64,000 nucleotides of DNA from Parcubacteria group bacterium (GTDB lineage Bacteria > Patescibacteriota > Minisyncoccia > Moranbacterales > UBA11712). Shown here piece after piece: positions 9,008 to 18,821 of the stretch. The position numbers were made by a program, and so were the translations under genes. Under the pieces are notes generated by a model. The model was not told the DNA's origin, did not search any database, and saw only the letters and a program-made list of their open reading frames with translations. The first letter of the stretch is position 1. The number at the start of each line of letters is the position of its first letter. Location: assembly GCA_041659065.1 (NCBI GenBank), contig JBAZYY010000007.1, positions 863 through 64,862 on the forward strand, read 5' to 3'.

Positions 9008-11620
9008 CTATGGGGCAGGATTCGGACCAGGTTGATTTTGATCATTCTGAATTGGAGTTTCTGGCGGCAAAGGAGCTTGTTCCCGTTGGATAGAATTCTG
9101 ATCTTGCTGCTGGTTTCCAGCGGCCTGCTGATTTACCTGATCTTCTTCAAGTCCATCCAGAGCCTTCTTCCCCGCTTCCAAGTTTGCTACAATCTTTTTC
9201 ACGTCTTGGTTGTCAGGGTTGAGCTCGACAACTTTTTTGAACTGCTCCAAGGCTTTTTGTTTGTCGCCTTGCTTGTCGTAGATAAGTCCCAGAAAATAAC
9301 GAGCATTGGAATAATTATCGGCTAACTTAACGGCGGATTCCAATTCAATCCGTGCATTGTCATATTGCCCATTTTTGTAATACAGAACGCCCAGTTGGAA
9401 GATCAGGCCGGCATCAGTAGGATTGATTTTTTTGCTTTCTTCGAGTTTGGCAATAGCTTGGTCAATTTCTCCAAGTCGATCCAGTACGACAGCTATCATA
9501 AATTGGGCTGGCAGATAATTGCTTTTTAGCTCGGCTGCCTTTTCAAAATTTTGCTTAGCCAAAGTCAGATCTTCTTTAGCTTTATCGGGCAATTGGGCCT
9601 GACTGTTCTTTTGGGATTGCTGTGAAGCAGCCTTGGCAGTTTCTATGTCGCCCATCGTGACATAGATTTGACCTAGCTGATAATAAATAGATGGGTTGCT
9701 TGAATCGTAATTCAAGGCTTCTTTGTAGGCTTTAATTGCGCTTTCGTCAGCGCCGTCTTTTGACCCGATCACGTTTTGGTTGATTTGGGCGAGCTGGACT
9801 AGATTATCTGGATTTTTTGGATTAAGGCTAATAGCTGCATCGGCTTGTTGCTCGGCCGCGAAGTAAAGATTGCTGATTGCGGCGCGATCTTCCTCGTTCA
9901 GATTAGCCAGGCCTTTCTCGGACACTTTTTGATTCAAGAGCGCGAATAAAGCAACGGACAAATTACGGTGATATAGATCTCGGGATGGGTCCAAATCTGT
10001 CACTCGGCCCAGCTTTCCCACTAAATCCTCAAGGTTTGCGCCCGCGGAATCGCTGGCCAAAGCGTTATTATATACCTTAGCTGCGACATACTTTTGTCCA
10101 TCCAGGAAGATAATGGAAATGAATCCCACAATAATCAAAACGAAAACAAAAGAGAGAATCAACGAAACGCGAGGCGAGGAGGTTTCGCTGATGAGTTCTT
10201 GCTTTTTTTGGAAAACCACAGAAGCAAGCACCACAAACCCTGCCGTCATCAGCCACCAAAGAAAATCAGATGTAATATTGGATGGGTAGAAAAATAGTAA
10301 GATTGTGAGGTATATCCACGCGGAGGTTATCCCAATAAGGGTATATACACCCTCTTCGCTTTTTCCAAAAATTTTTACCATTGAGGAAAAAATGTAAATT
10401 AGCATGGAACCGATTAGAAACAAAAAGGCTGCTGCCCCTAGAAGACCTATAGAAGTTACCAGTGTGAGAAAACGACTGGAAGCTTCATTGAATCTAACTG
10501 ACCAAAAATTTGTCAGGTTAATTTCACTTGGCTTTCCATTTAAGTACGATAGGTCGTAGTTAGAAAGGCCGGAACCTAGGAGCGCGTGATCTTTGAGGTT
10601 TGATTTTACTACGTCAAAGGAGGCGCTTTGCGAAAGTCCAATTTCGACCGGGAGCTGAATTTTTACAATTGAGCCATTTTTTCCTATGAGAATTGTAAGC
10701 AAGACTAGAGTAAGGACAACCATGGGGAAAACTAAAATCCTATTTTTCTCTTGGCTGCCACTAGTGATAATAGCTAAGCCTAGGAGTACCGCCATGCCGA
10801 TCAAAAAAACTATCAAAGTTGTAATGAAATTTATGGCTACTAAAACGAATAGAAAAACAAGGCAGAAAATAATCAGAGCTACTCTCAAAATTGGTGACTT
10901 TTTGTCCAGAATCAATGCAATTGTGAGGATCAGTACCGCGCCGATAAAGGCAGAAAAAGCATAAACAGAGCCGACGGTGTTAAACGAGTTTTGCGCCAAC
11001 GCCGGATTCTTAAAGAAAAACTTGCCGGTCATCTGAAAGATAGCAAAGAGCGAAGCGAGGAATGAGGATGCTGTCAGAATCAGAACTAAATTGGAAATTT
11101 TTTCCCGTGTCTTGAAGTTATTGATGATAACCAAAAACGTAGCCACCAAGGCAATAAAAGTAGCCAGGGATAGGCCTTCAGTGCCAAAATTGCCCCACAT
11201 GCTTTGGTCGCGATAAACCGATAACGCCGTGCTTAGACCAGTAATGATGAGCAGTAGGAGTACTGGCACAAGGAGAAAATTTTTGGCGATTCTAATGCGG
11301 CCCTCCCAAGCCAATTTCCCAATCCAGGCTAAAAATGCAATACCACCCACGATTACCAGCAACAATTGCTTGTTTAACTCAAGGATGCTTGGGACGCCAG
11401 GTAAAAAGAATAAGGGGACCAAAAAAGTTAACAGATATATTGCTCCAACAATAATCCAATCGATAATTTTTGGGGCAATAACGGGTTTTCGAAACCCCTC
11501 ATCTGGGAGTTTTTGGCTCCCGCTATTTTCCGGTCTGGAATCGGTAATTCTTCTCGGAGGGATGCCCATCGAAGGTCTTTTGGGTATGGCTGCTTCGTCG
11601 CGGCGCAGTTCAATTTTCAT
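9008..11620 (-). CDS. Polytopic membrane protein (O-antigen ligase-like) with C-terminal TPR repeats
   Basis: About 12 TM segments, LLGSGLSNY loop, repeated TPR signatures (YYQLGQIY, ARYFLGLIY). Confidence 0.8.
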   Translation of the reverse strand: MKIELRRDEAAIPKRPSMGIPPRRITDSRPENSGSQKLPDEGFRKPVIAPKIIDWIIVGAIYLLTFLVPLFFLPGVPSILELNKQLLLVIVGGIAFLAWIGKLAWEGRIRIAKNFLLVPVLLLLIITGLSTALSVYRDQSMWGNFGTEGLSLATFIALVATFLVIINNFKTREKISNLVLILTASSFLASLFAIFQMTGKFFFKNPALAQNSFNTVGSVYAFSAFIGAVLILTIALILDKKSPILRVALIIFCLVFLFVLVAINFITTLIVFLIGMAVLLGLAIITSGSQEKNRILVFPMVVLTLVLLTILIGKNGSIVKIQLPVEIGLSQSASFDVVKSNLKDHALLGSGLSNYDLSYLNGKPSEINLTNFWSVRFNEASSRFLTLVTSIGLLGAAAFLFLIGSMLIYIFSSMVKIFGKSEEGVYTLIGITSAWIYLTILLFFYPSNITSDFLWWLMTAGFVVLASVVFQKKQELISETSSPRVSLILSFVFVLIIVGFISIIFLDGQKYVAAKVYNNALASDSAGANLEDLVGKLGRVTDLDPSRDLYHRNLSVALFALLNQKVSEKGLANLNEEDRAAISNLYFAAEQQADAAISLNPKNPDNLVQLAQINQNVIGSKDGADESAIKAYKEALNYDSSNPSIYYQLGQIYVTMGDIETAKAASQQSQKNSQAQLPDKAKEDLTLAKQNFEKAAELKSNYLPAQFMIAVVLDRLGEIDQAIAKLEESKKINPTDAGLIFQLGVLYYKNGQYDNARIELESAVKLADNYSNARYFLGLIYDKQGDKQKALEQFKKVVELNPDNQDVKKIVANLEAGKKALDGLEEDQVNQQAAGNQQQDQNSIQREQAPLPPETPIQNDQNQPGPNPAP

Positions 11621-11833
11621 TTTAGTATTTTTTAGTTATTATAATATTTTATGAAAAAACCAAATTAATACCCCGCAAAATTGCGTTAGGGTCATTTGTA
11701 TTTGGAAAGCGTTCTGTTTGTGTTTTGACCCGTGCAATTTAGCGGGGGCTTGTGTTTAAATTATAGCAGAATAGCTGGCTTTGTCTATGAAAGGCGCTGC
11801 TTTTAAATTGAAATGAATAATTTGCGCTTTTAA

Positions 11834-13336
11834 TTAGGAAATGCTCTCAAAGAAATGAGAATCAAGTCCTGTCTTTGATAGAGTTATCCCCAGAGCAAAA
11901 GTGATAAGTCCAATTTTGATGTCCCAAAAATAATGATCAAAGAGCAGGATAAAAGTGAATGATATTATAATACAATAAAAGACTATATCAGTCAATGACA
12001 TATTTTTTTTAGAGGAAGTAATGAGATATATCAAAAATAGCAGAAAAAGAATAAATCCGATTGCACCAAGTTCCCCGAATATTAAAATAAAAGAATTATG
12101 CTCTGGTTGATATTGCCAACCCTCCATGTTTGGATAGAGTTTATATTCATTAATTACAAATTGGCCAATTCCAACGCCGTGTAGAGGGTGGCTATAAATT
12201 GTTTCATGTGAAACATTTTCAAACACTTTCCTTTCTTCGAGCGTTTGACTTGAGAATATTGAAGAATGTTTATTCAAAAAGTTGATCGCTGGTATTGACA
12301 GCGTAATAAGCAGTATTAAGGTCGGTATAAAAATTGAAGCCATCTGTTTTATGCGATTCACGTGAAACGCATAAAATATCAACCCAAATACCAAGCCGAG
12401 GATGGCTGATCTAGAAAAAGTGACTCCCAATCCAGCGAGATTGATCAGCAGCAAAATGCTTAACACAGATTTGGATTTAGGAAGGAAATTTGTTTCATGT
12501 GAAATGGTAGTATTTTTTTCAGTTCTTAGCCAGCTGCTGGATAACCATTTATCATTCGTTGAGTATTCTCTAAACCTGGAAATACTCACGAATCTTCCAA
12601 AAATAACAAATATTGGAATCAAAAGGAATCCAGCTAAAATATTTGGATGAGGAAAAGTTCCATAGGCTCGAATATGTTTTGCACCATCGATAATAATTTT
12701 TGCTACACCAGAAGTTTCATATGAAACATAGCTTTCGCCAATCACGGAAAGACCAATAGAATGTCCCATGATGAATTGGATAATTCCAAGCATTGATTGA
12801 ACTGTTCCATTGAATAATAAAAAATAAATGTAGTAGCGCAAATAAGTTGGGTTATTTTTCTGGATCCAGTAAATGATGGAAAAGAACGCTATGACTTCAA
12901 ATAAGGAAAGGATTCGATATAAAGCAACTGGAAAGTAAATCGACCAGAAAATTGAAATAAAGCACCAACACAAAAACAGAAACAGAAAAAATGTTTCATG
13001 TGAAATATTGCGCAGGCGGGAAAACATTGACAATACTATAAATTTGTGTTGTCGTAAAATATTGGGGCAGCTAAATTTTGAAGTTGCTGAATAAGCATTT
13101 TCATATTGGTATGACAGCTGCTTCACTAAGAATATGACAATAGTCGAGAGCATCAAAATATCTGCCCAGCTAAAACTAAAACTGCCGTATTCATTAAACG
13201 ATCCGTTGAGATAAGAAAAAGGCGTAAGAAATACTTTCCTTATATTGAGGGTGAAAGATAAGAAAAATAGAGAAATCAGGATATGCTCCGCATTATCCCA
13301 AAATAAAAACAGATATTTTCTAGCGAATGATTTCAT
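11834..13336 (-). CDS. O-antigen ligase (Wzy_C/WaaL) family protein
   Basis: RAYGTFPHPNILAG, TFSRSA, HPLHGVGIGQF, PEHNSF..GELG. Confidence 0.9.
   Translation of the reverse strand: MKSFARKYLFLFWDNAEHILISLFFLSFTLNIRKVFLTPFSYLNGSFNEYGSFSFSWADILMLSTIVIFLVKQLSYQYENAYSATSKFSCPNILRQHKFIVLSMFSRLRNISHETFFLFLFLCWCFISIFWSIYFPVALYRILSLFEVIAFFSIIYWIQKNNPTYLRYYIYFLLFNGTVQSMLGIIQFIMGHSIGLSVIGESYVSYETSGVAKIIIDGAKHIRAYGTFPHPNILAGFLLIPIFVIFGRFVSISRFREYSTNDKWLSSSWLRTEKNTTISHETNFLPKSKSVLSILLLINLAGLGVTFSRSAILGLVFGLIFYAFHVNRIKQMASIFIPTLILLITLSIPAINFLNKHSSIFSSQTLEERKVFENVSHETIYSHPLHGVGIGQFVINEYKLYPNMEGWQYQPEHNSFILIFGELGAIGFILFLLFLIYLITSSKKNMSLTDIVFYCIIISFTFILLFDHYFWDIKIGLITFALGITLSKTGLDSHFFESIS
12200..13007. promoter_or_regulatory. 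Cluster of five parS-like palindromes
   Basis: TGTTTCATGTGAAACA(12200), CGATTCACGTGAAACG(12354), TGTTTCATGTGAAATG(12491), AGTTTCATATGAAACA(12713), TGTTTCATGTGAAATA(12992), versus consensus TGTTTCACGTGAAACA. Confidence 0.8.
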
Positions 13337-13459
13337 GAAAATAGTCTAACATAACATCCAAATATGCATAATTGACTTGGTAGTGAAATATACATATCAT
13401 GAAAGATGTGCGGGTTATCAATCTCGGGCAAGACTGTAAATTCATTCGGCGTAACAAAT

Positions 13460-13535
13460 GGGGATATAGCTCAGTTGGTAGAGCGCTTCCATGGCATGGA
13501 AGAGGTCTGGGGTTCGAATCCCCATATCTCCACCA
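13460..13535 (+). tRNA. tRNA-Ala(GGC)
   Basis: GGGGATA acceptor, CTTCC-ATGGCAT-GGAAG anticodon arm, encoded CCA. Confidence 0.96.
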
Positions 13536-13536
13536 A

Positions 13537-13848
13537 ATGCAAAGTAAAAAATTTCAAAGAAAGAAAGAAGACTTTATTTGCGCAATATGTGGGGCAGCTA
13601 TCTGTGGTGATGGGTATACGGATCATTGCCCTAACTGTCTGTGGGGAAAGCATGTTGACATAAATCCGGGAGATCGGAAAGCAAAATGCGGCGGCCGAAT
13701 GAGGCCAGTAAAAATTGAAGAAAAATCGGGGAAAATATTGATTCTGTATATATGTGAAAAATGCGGACATAAGTACAGGGTTAAAAAGGCCGAAGAGGAC
13801 GATATGGATAAGATAATAGAAATAATGTCGAATGTGGCAACTTTGTAA
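13537..13848 (+). CDS. RNHCP-domain zinc-binding protein
   Basis: EDFICAICG..YTDHCPNCLWGKHVDINPGDR..CEKCG. True start MQSKK lies after the tRNA. Confidence 0.88.
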   Translation: MQSKKFQRKKEDFICAICGAAICGDGYTDHCPNCLWGKHVDINPGDRKAKCGGRMRPVKIEEKSGKILILYICEKCGHKYRVKKAEEDDMDKIIEIMSNVATL

Positions 13849-13869
13849 TAAGGAAATAATTTTATTGAT

Positions 13870-14577
13870 TTGATGAATGTCGCTGTAATATTGGCATCCG
13901 GTAAGGGGGAGAGAATGCGTGCCAAGAAAAATAAAGTCCTTTTGGATATAGAAGATGAGCCAATCGTAAGCTATTCGGCATGTATTTTCAATAAACATCA
14001 GGCGATTGAGGAAATTATAATAGTTTGCTTAAATAAGGAATTGAATATTTTTCAGGATCTGGCAAAATCGTATAAATTTAACAAAGTAAGCGCTATTATC
14101 GAAGGCGGGAAGGAGAGGCAAGATTCGGCATTCAATGCCGTGAAATATTTAAAGAAGAAATTTGGCGAAAAACAAGGTGTATATGTACTTTTCCATAATG
14201 CGGCAAACCCGTTTGTAAGTGAAAAAGAAATTACTGACGCAATATCCGCGGCTAAAAAATACGGGGCATGCGCTGTCGCGCACCCAGCCAAGGATACCAT
14301 TAAATTTGTTAAGGATGATGGAATAGTAAAGGAGACATTGGATAGATCAAAGCTTTGGAATATGCAAACGCCCCAAGTCATTGAGCTGCAGCTAGCTTTT
14401 GAAGCTTTTTCTCGAGCTAAGTCAGACAATTTTATGGGAACGGATGATGTATCTCTCGTGGAAAGGTTAGGCAAACCAGTGAAGATTGCTGAAGCCTCTC
14501 AGAATAACTTCAAGATAACAACGCCTCTCGATCTTGAGCTGGCAAAAATTATTTTTAGGAAAAGAAAAAATGTTTAG
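13870..14577 (+). CDS. ispD: MEP cytidylyltransferase
   Basis: ILASGKGERM..NK, GGKERQDS, QTPQ, TDD, NFKITTPLDL. Confidence 0.93.
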   Translation: MMNVAVILASGKGERMRAKKNKVLLDIEDEPIVSYSACIFNKHQAIEEIIIVCLNKELNIFQDLAKSYKFNKVSAIIEGGKERQDSAFNAVKYLKKKFGEKQGVYVLFHNAANPFVSEKEITDAISAAKKYGACAVAHPAKDTIKFVKDDGIVKETLDRSKLWNMQTPQVIELQLAFEAFSRAKSDNFMGTDDVSLVERLGKPVKIAEASQNNFKITTPLDLELAKIIFRKRKNV

Positions 14578-15049
14578 AGTTGGTTTTGGGCAAGACTCCC
14601 ATCGTTTCTCAGATGATAAAAATAGACTCTTGACCCTTGGTGGAATCAAAATTGAGGGCGAAGTGGGACTTTTGGGGAACTCAGATGGGGATGTTATAAT
14701 TCATGCTATCTGCCGCGCTATCGAACAGGCTATTGGTGGAGAATCGTTTTCAGTTTATGCTGACAAGAAATGCGGAGCGGGGATATTGGACAGTAAAAAA
14801 TATCTTGAGATATCCCTGGAGAATGCCAAGCAGAAAGGTTATTCAATAAATAATCTCGGGATCAGCATCGAAGCCCGGAAGCCTAGAGTTGACTTAATTG
14901 CAGCGGAGATGAAAAGAACCTTGGCAAAAATTATGAATATCGAGTTGAGCCGGATCGGGATTAGCGCAACCTCGGGAGAAAATCTGACACCTTTTGGAAA
15001 AGGGGAAGGTATTCAAGCCTTTGCAATTATTAGCCTAATCAAGAAATGA
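14570..15049 (+). CDS. ispF: MEcPP synthase
   Basis: MFRVGFGQDSHRF, SDGDVIIHA, ATSGE, GKGEGI. Confidence 0.93.
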   Translation: MFRVGFGQDSHRFSDDKNRLLTLGGIKIEGEVGLLGNSDGDVIIHAICRAIEQAIGGESFSVYADKKCGAGILDSKKYLEISLENAKQKGYSINNLGISIEARKPRVDLIAAEMKRTLAKIMNIELSRIGISATSGENLTPFGKGEGIQAFAIISLIKK

Positions 15050-15918
15050 AAAAGTACAACTTAAAAGCACCTGCTAAAATAAACTTAACTCTTGAAGTTC
15101 TGAAAAAGTTAGCAAATGGCTACCATGAGCTTCGATCGGCCATGATGAAATTGGATCGACTTTATGACGAGATAGAACTTGAAATCGGTGATGATATGAA
15201 AGAAATTAAGATCGAAACGGATTCTTCAGAAATACCAGTCGATGAAAAAAATACATGCTACAAGGCGGCAAAAATATTTTTCAAGAATGCCGGGAAGAAG
15301 GCGGGCGTAAAAATTTTTATCAAAAAGAATATTCCAGTTGGCGCGGGCCTGGGCGGAGGGAGTTCCGACGCCGCGACAGTTCTTCGAACTTTGAACTCGC
15401 ATTTTGGGAATCCCCTGTCGAAAGAAAAACTGATCAAGCTTGGAGCGCAAGTAGGCAAGGATGTGCCATTCTTCGTCCAGCCATATCAATTTGCGAAAGT
15501 ATCGGGTATGGGAGAAAAACTCGAATCGGTAAAAGTGGAACTGAAGGTAAATGTTCTTCTAGTTAATCCGAGAGTGGCCGTTTCGACAAAATGGGCTTTC
15601 GAAAAATTTTCTACGATCTTGGTAAGAGGGAATAAAAAAATAAATAATCTTTCAGAGATGATGGCAAACTATGTCGCGTCAGGCAATTTTTTCGACATTT
15701 GCGGAAGTCTTTATAACGATTTTGAAAGAGAAATAGAAAAGCACTTTCCGGTACTGACTGAGATCAAAGATATTTTAAAAAAACACGGGGCGAAAGGAGT
15801 CCTTATGAGCGGTTCCGGCTCGACAGTATTCGCGTTATTTTCAAGTAAAGAGGAATTAGTAACCGCAAAAGAAAATATTTCTAAATCGAATAAAGATTTT
15901 TTTATCGCAGCGGGTTAA
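15046..15918 (+). CDS. ispE: CDP-ME kinase
   Basis: APAKINLTL, GYHEL, KNIPVGAGLGGGSSDAA, MSGSGSTVF. Confidence 0.95.
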   Translation: MKKYNLKAPAKINLTLEVLKKLANGYHELRSAMMKLDRLYDEIELEIGDDMKEIKIETDSSEIPVDEKNTCYKAAKIFFKNAGKKAGVKIFIKKNIPVGAGLGGGSSDAATVLRTLNSHFGNPLSKEKLIKLGAQVGKDVPFFVQPYQFAKVSGMGEKLESVKVELKVNVLLVNPRVAVSTKWAFEKFSTILVRGNKKINNLSEMMANYVASGNFFDICGSLYNDFEREIEKHFPVLTEIKDILKKHGAKGVLMSGSGSTVFALFSSKEELVTAKENISKSNKDFFIAAG

Positions 15919-15928
15919 GATATTAATT

Positions 15929-16000
15929 GTCCTCGTAGTTCAACGGATAGAACAGTGGCGTCCTAAGCCATTGATGTAGGTTCGATTCCTGCCGAGGACA
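15929..16000 (+). tRNA. tRNA-Arg(CCT)
   Basis: GTCCTCG/CGAGGAC acceptor; GTGGC-GTCCTAA-GCCAT anticodon arm. Confidence 0.94.
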
Positions 16001-16150
16001 CAATATACTAAAACTACTATTCGCCCTGGGCTATAAAAGCAGGTTCCTTGCCTGCCGGCAGGCAAGGATTCCCTCCAAGGGCACAATGTAAGTTAAAAAT
16101 TAAAAATGTCATGCCCTAGGCAGATCAGCCTTTGGCTGAAAAAGTTAAAA

Positions 16151-16666
16151 ATGGCTGAAAAGAAATCTCATACCCATAAATTTGTAGTCTGCTCAAATAT
16201 ATTTATCCGAAAAGGTGGCAAATATTTGATGATCAGGAGATCGGCGGATAGAAAATGGATGCCAAACCACGTACATACAGTTGGCGGAAAGATGAATCTG
16301 GATGAGAATCCATATGACTGCGCTCTGCGCGAGCTCAAAGAGGAAGCTGGGATAACCGCCAAGAACATTCAATTAGAAGTTGCCTATCACGAGATAGCTC
16401 CCTATAAAAAAGAATCTTGCAATTGGCTGGTCTTTTATTTTTCTGGGGAATATAAGTCTGGAAGAGTGAAGAATAAAATATCTGAAGGAGAATTAGTCTG
16501 GCTTACGCCAAGGGAGCTTCTGAAATCTAAATTGCACTCATCGATTAAATTTGTGATTAAGCATGTTTTAAGTAAAAAAACCGGACCGGTATTTGGAACT
16601 TTATATTACGACGACAAAAATACGGTAATAAAAAAGAAAAGCAAGCTAAATATTTGCGAGAAATAA
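16151..16666 (+). CDS. NUDIX hydrolase
   Basis: GGKMNLDENPYDCALRELKEEAG Nudix box; probable start MAEKK. Confidence 0.9.
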   Translation: MAEKKSHTHKFVVCSNIFIRKGGKYLMIRRSADRKWMPNHVHTVGGKMNLDENPYDCALRELKEEAGITAKNIQLEVAYHEIAPYKKESCNWLVFYFSGEYKSGRVKNKISEGELVWLTPRELLKSKLHSSIKFVIKHVLSKKTGPVFGTLYYDDKNTVIKKKSKLNICEK

Positions 16667-16681
16667 ATATAAGAAAGGGAT

Positions 16682-17443
16682 ATGTTGCAGAAAAAAAATA
16701 TCATAGTTCGGAATTTGAATATCCAGTATTATCAAAGCGAGAGCATCGACAAGAATAATGCTCTTGTTTTTTTGCACGGCTGGGGATCGCACGCTTTGCA
16801 TTTTCGACATACGCTGGAGAAATGTGAAAATGTCGTGGCTGTCGATCTGCCGGGATTTGGCGGCAGTCAAGCGTCCCAAGCGCCATGGTCATTATCAGAT
16901 TATACGGATTTTATCCAGGAATTTCTGAAAAAAACAGATATTAAGAATCCAATTCTGGCGGGACATTCCCTGGGGGGAAGCATTGGAATAAAATATTGCG
17001 TGAAATACAATGATGTAAGAAAGCTGATATTAATTGGAAGCGCCGGGATTAGAAAAAAAACTGCGAAGAAATATTTTTATCTGGTTTTTGCAAAAATTTT
17101 TGGAATAATATTTTCACTGCCAGGGATTAAGACCTATAAAGAAAGAATTCGCCAGGGTTTTTACAAGGCAATTGATTCTGAAGATTATATTAACGCGGGC
17201 GCGCTTTCGGGCACATACCAGAAAATTATCAGTGAAGATATAAGGGAAGACATAAAAGCGGTGAATGTGCCTACTGTAATTATTTGGGGAGAGGATGATA
17301 AAGAGACCCCGCTAGAGGACGGGAAATTGATGAAGGAGCTTATCCGTGGGTCTAAATTGTATATTATCCCCGAAGCGGGGCATTATACATACCTCGACGA
17401 TGAAAAAGCTTTCGAAGAAATATTTTTATCAAGTTTAAAATAA
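16682..17443 (+). CDS. Alpha/beta hydrolase
   Basis: FLHGWG, DLPGFG, GHSLGG, AGH. Confidence 0.92.
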   Translation: MLQKKNIIVRNLNIQYYQSESIDKNNALVFLHGWGSHALHFRHTLEKCENVVAVDLPGFGGSQASQAPWSLSDYTDFIQEFLKKTDIKNPILAGHSLGGSIGIKYCVKYNDVRKLILIGSAGIRKKTAKKYFYLVFAKIFGIIFSLPGIKTYKERIRQGFYKAIDSEDYINAGALSGTYQKIISEDIREDIKAVNVPTVIIWGEDDKETPLEDGKLMKELIRGSKLYIIPEAGHYTYLDDEKAFEEIFLSSLK

Positions 17444-18804
17444 TGCTGAAAAATCTAATCTACATACTTCAGAGCGAAAACTATGATTTCAAGAGATTTT
17501 TGAATTTCGCTTATTCCCATTTCGCTTGGTGGAAACTGGAGAACCGCCAAAAAATTGTGTGGACGGCTAAGGCGCGCGCGGTTTGGATTGCGAGCGCTTT
17601 AATATTTTGGATTCTTATCGGAGTGTCTTTTTATTTTTTTGGCGCAGTTGGATTAATAATTTTTCCTATTCTTATTATAATATTACCTTTTTTGGTTGGG
17701 TTTAGTTTTGCGCTGTTGTGGCCGATCGACACATTGGTAAAATATGGAAGGACTAACGCGGCGAAAAAAATTATCTTAAATAGTAAAGTTTGCGTAGTCG
17801 GTATTACCGGAAGTTACGGCAAGACCAGCACTAAAGAGATTCTAACAGTAATGCTTGAAAATAAATTCAAAGTTATTAAAACTCCCGAAAATGTTAATAC
17901 TGACATTGGGATTGCCGATTTTGTCGTGAAAAATAAAAATAATTTTCAAGAAGAGGCAATTTTCGTCGCGGAAATGGGAGCTTACCGCAAAGGAGAAATT
18001 GCAAAAATTTGCAGAATGGTAGAGCCAACATATTCGATTCTGACGGGCATAAATGAAGCGCATCTGGAGCGATTTGGCAGTTTCGAAAATATTATTGCAG
18101 GAAAGTTTGAGCTTCCTCAAAACACTAGAATAATGGCGTTCCTAAATTTCGACGATACAAATATTAAAGAAAATTATTCCAAATTTTCCCTGGAGAATAT
18201 TAAAGGTATTTCGCAAGAGGATGCTCAAAATATCAAGGCAAAAGAGAATTTCGGCGGGCTGGAATTTAAATGGAAAGGGATGGCATTTGAAACAAACCTG
18301 TTGGCGCAGCATAATATTGCTTTGATTTTACTTAGCGGGGAGATAGCCCTGGAGCTTGGAATTTCACTCGAAGAGATTCGCGAAGTGGTAAGAAATATAG
18401 AGCCGGTTGCGCACAGGCTGCAGCCTATTTATAATGCAAGCACTGACATAATGATTATAGATGACAGCTATAACGGAAATCCTAACGGCATTGCTAGCGG
18501 GCTAAAGGTGCTTGGTCGGGCATCCGGCAGGAAAGTGGTGCTCACGCCGGGTCTGGTCGAATTGGGTGTTAGGGCAAAAGATGTGCATCAAGCGATAGGA
18601 AAGTTATATGTAGAGAATGCAGACCTCGTGTTACTGATAAAGAATAAAATGACGAAATACATCGTAGAGGCGTTGAAAGAAAGCGGTTTTACGAGCTATA
18701 AGACATATGACTCTACTCAAGAAGCGCATGCTGACCTGAAAAATATTTTAAAGCGGGGCGATACAATTATTTTTCAAAATGACCTTACGGATAATTACTT
18801 TTAA
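17443..18804 (+). CDS. murF: UDP-MurNAc-tripeptide--D-Ala-D-Ala ligase with N-terminal TM segments
   Basis: GITGSYGKTSTK, EMGAY, HLERF, IDDSYNGNP; adjacent to ddl. Confidence 0.88.
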   Translation: MLKNLIYILQSENYDFKRFLNFAYSHFAWWKLENRQKIVWTAKARAVWIASALIFWILIGVSFYFFGAVGLIIFPILIIILPFLVGFSFALLWPIDTLVKYGRTNAAKKIILNSKVCVVGITGSYGKTSTKEILTVMLENKFKVIKTPENVNTDIGIADFVVKNKNNFQEEAIFVAEMGAYRKGEIAKICRMVEPTYSILTGINEAHLERFGSFENIIAGKFELPQNTRIMAFLNFDDTNIKENYSKFSLENIKGISQEDAQNIKAKENFGGLEFKWKGMAFETNLLAQHNIALILLSGEIALELGISLEEIREVVRNIEPVAHRLQPIYNASTDIMIIDDSYNGNPNGIASGLKVLGRASGRKVVLTPGLVELGVRAKDVHQAIGKLYVENADLVLLIKNKMTKYIVEALKESGFTSYKTYDSTQEAHADLKNILKRGDTIIFQNDLTDNYF

Positions 18805-18821
18805 TAGGCGCACTAAATCTT

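Noticed and set aside
13399-13536. N-terminal extension of the RNHCP ORF
   Set aside because: It runs through tRNA-Ala; the ATG at 13537 fits the domain start.
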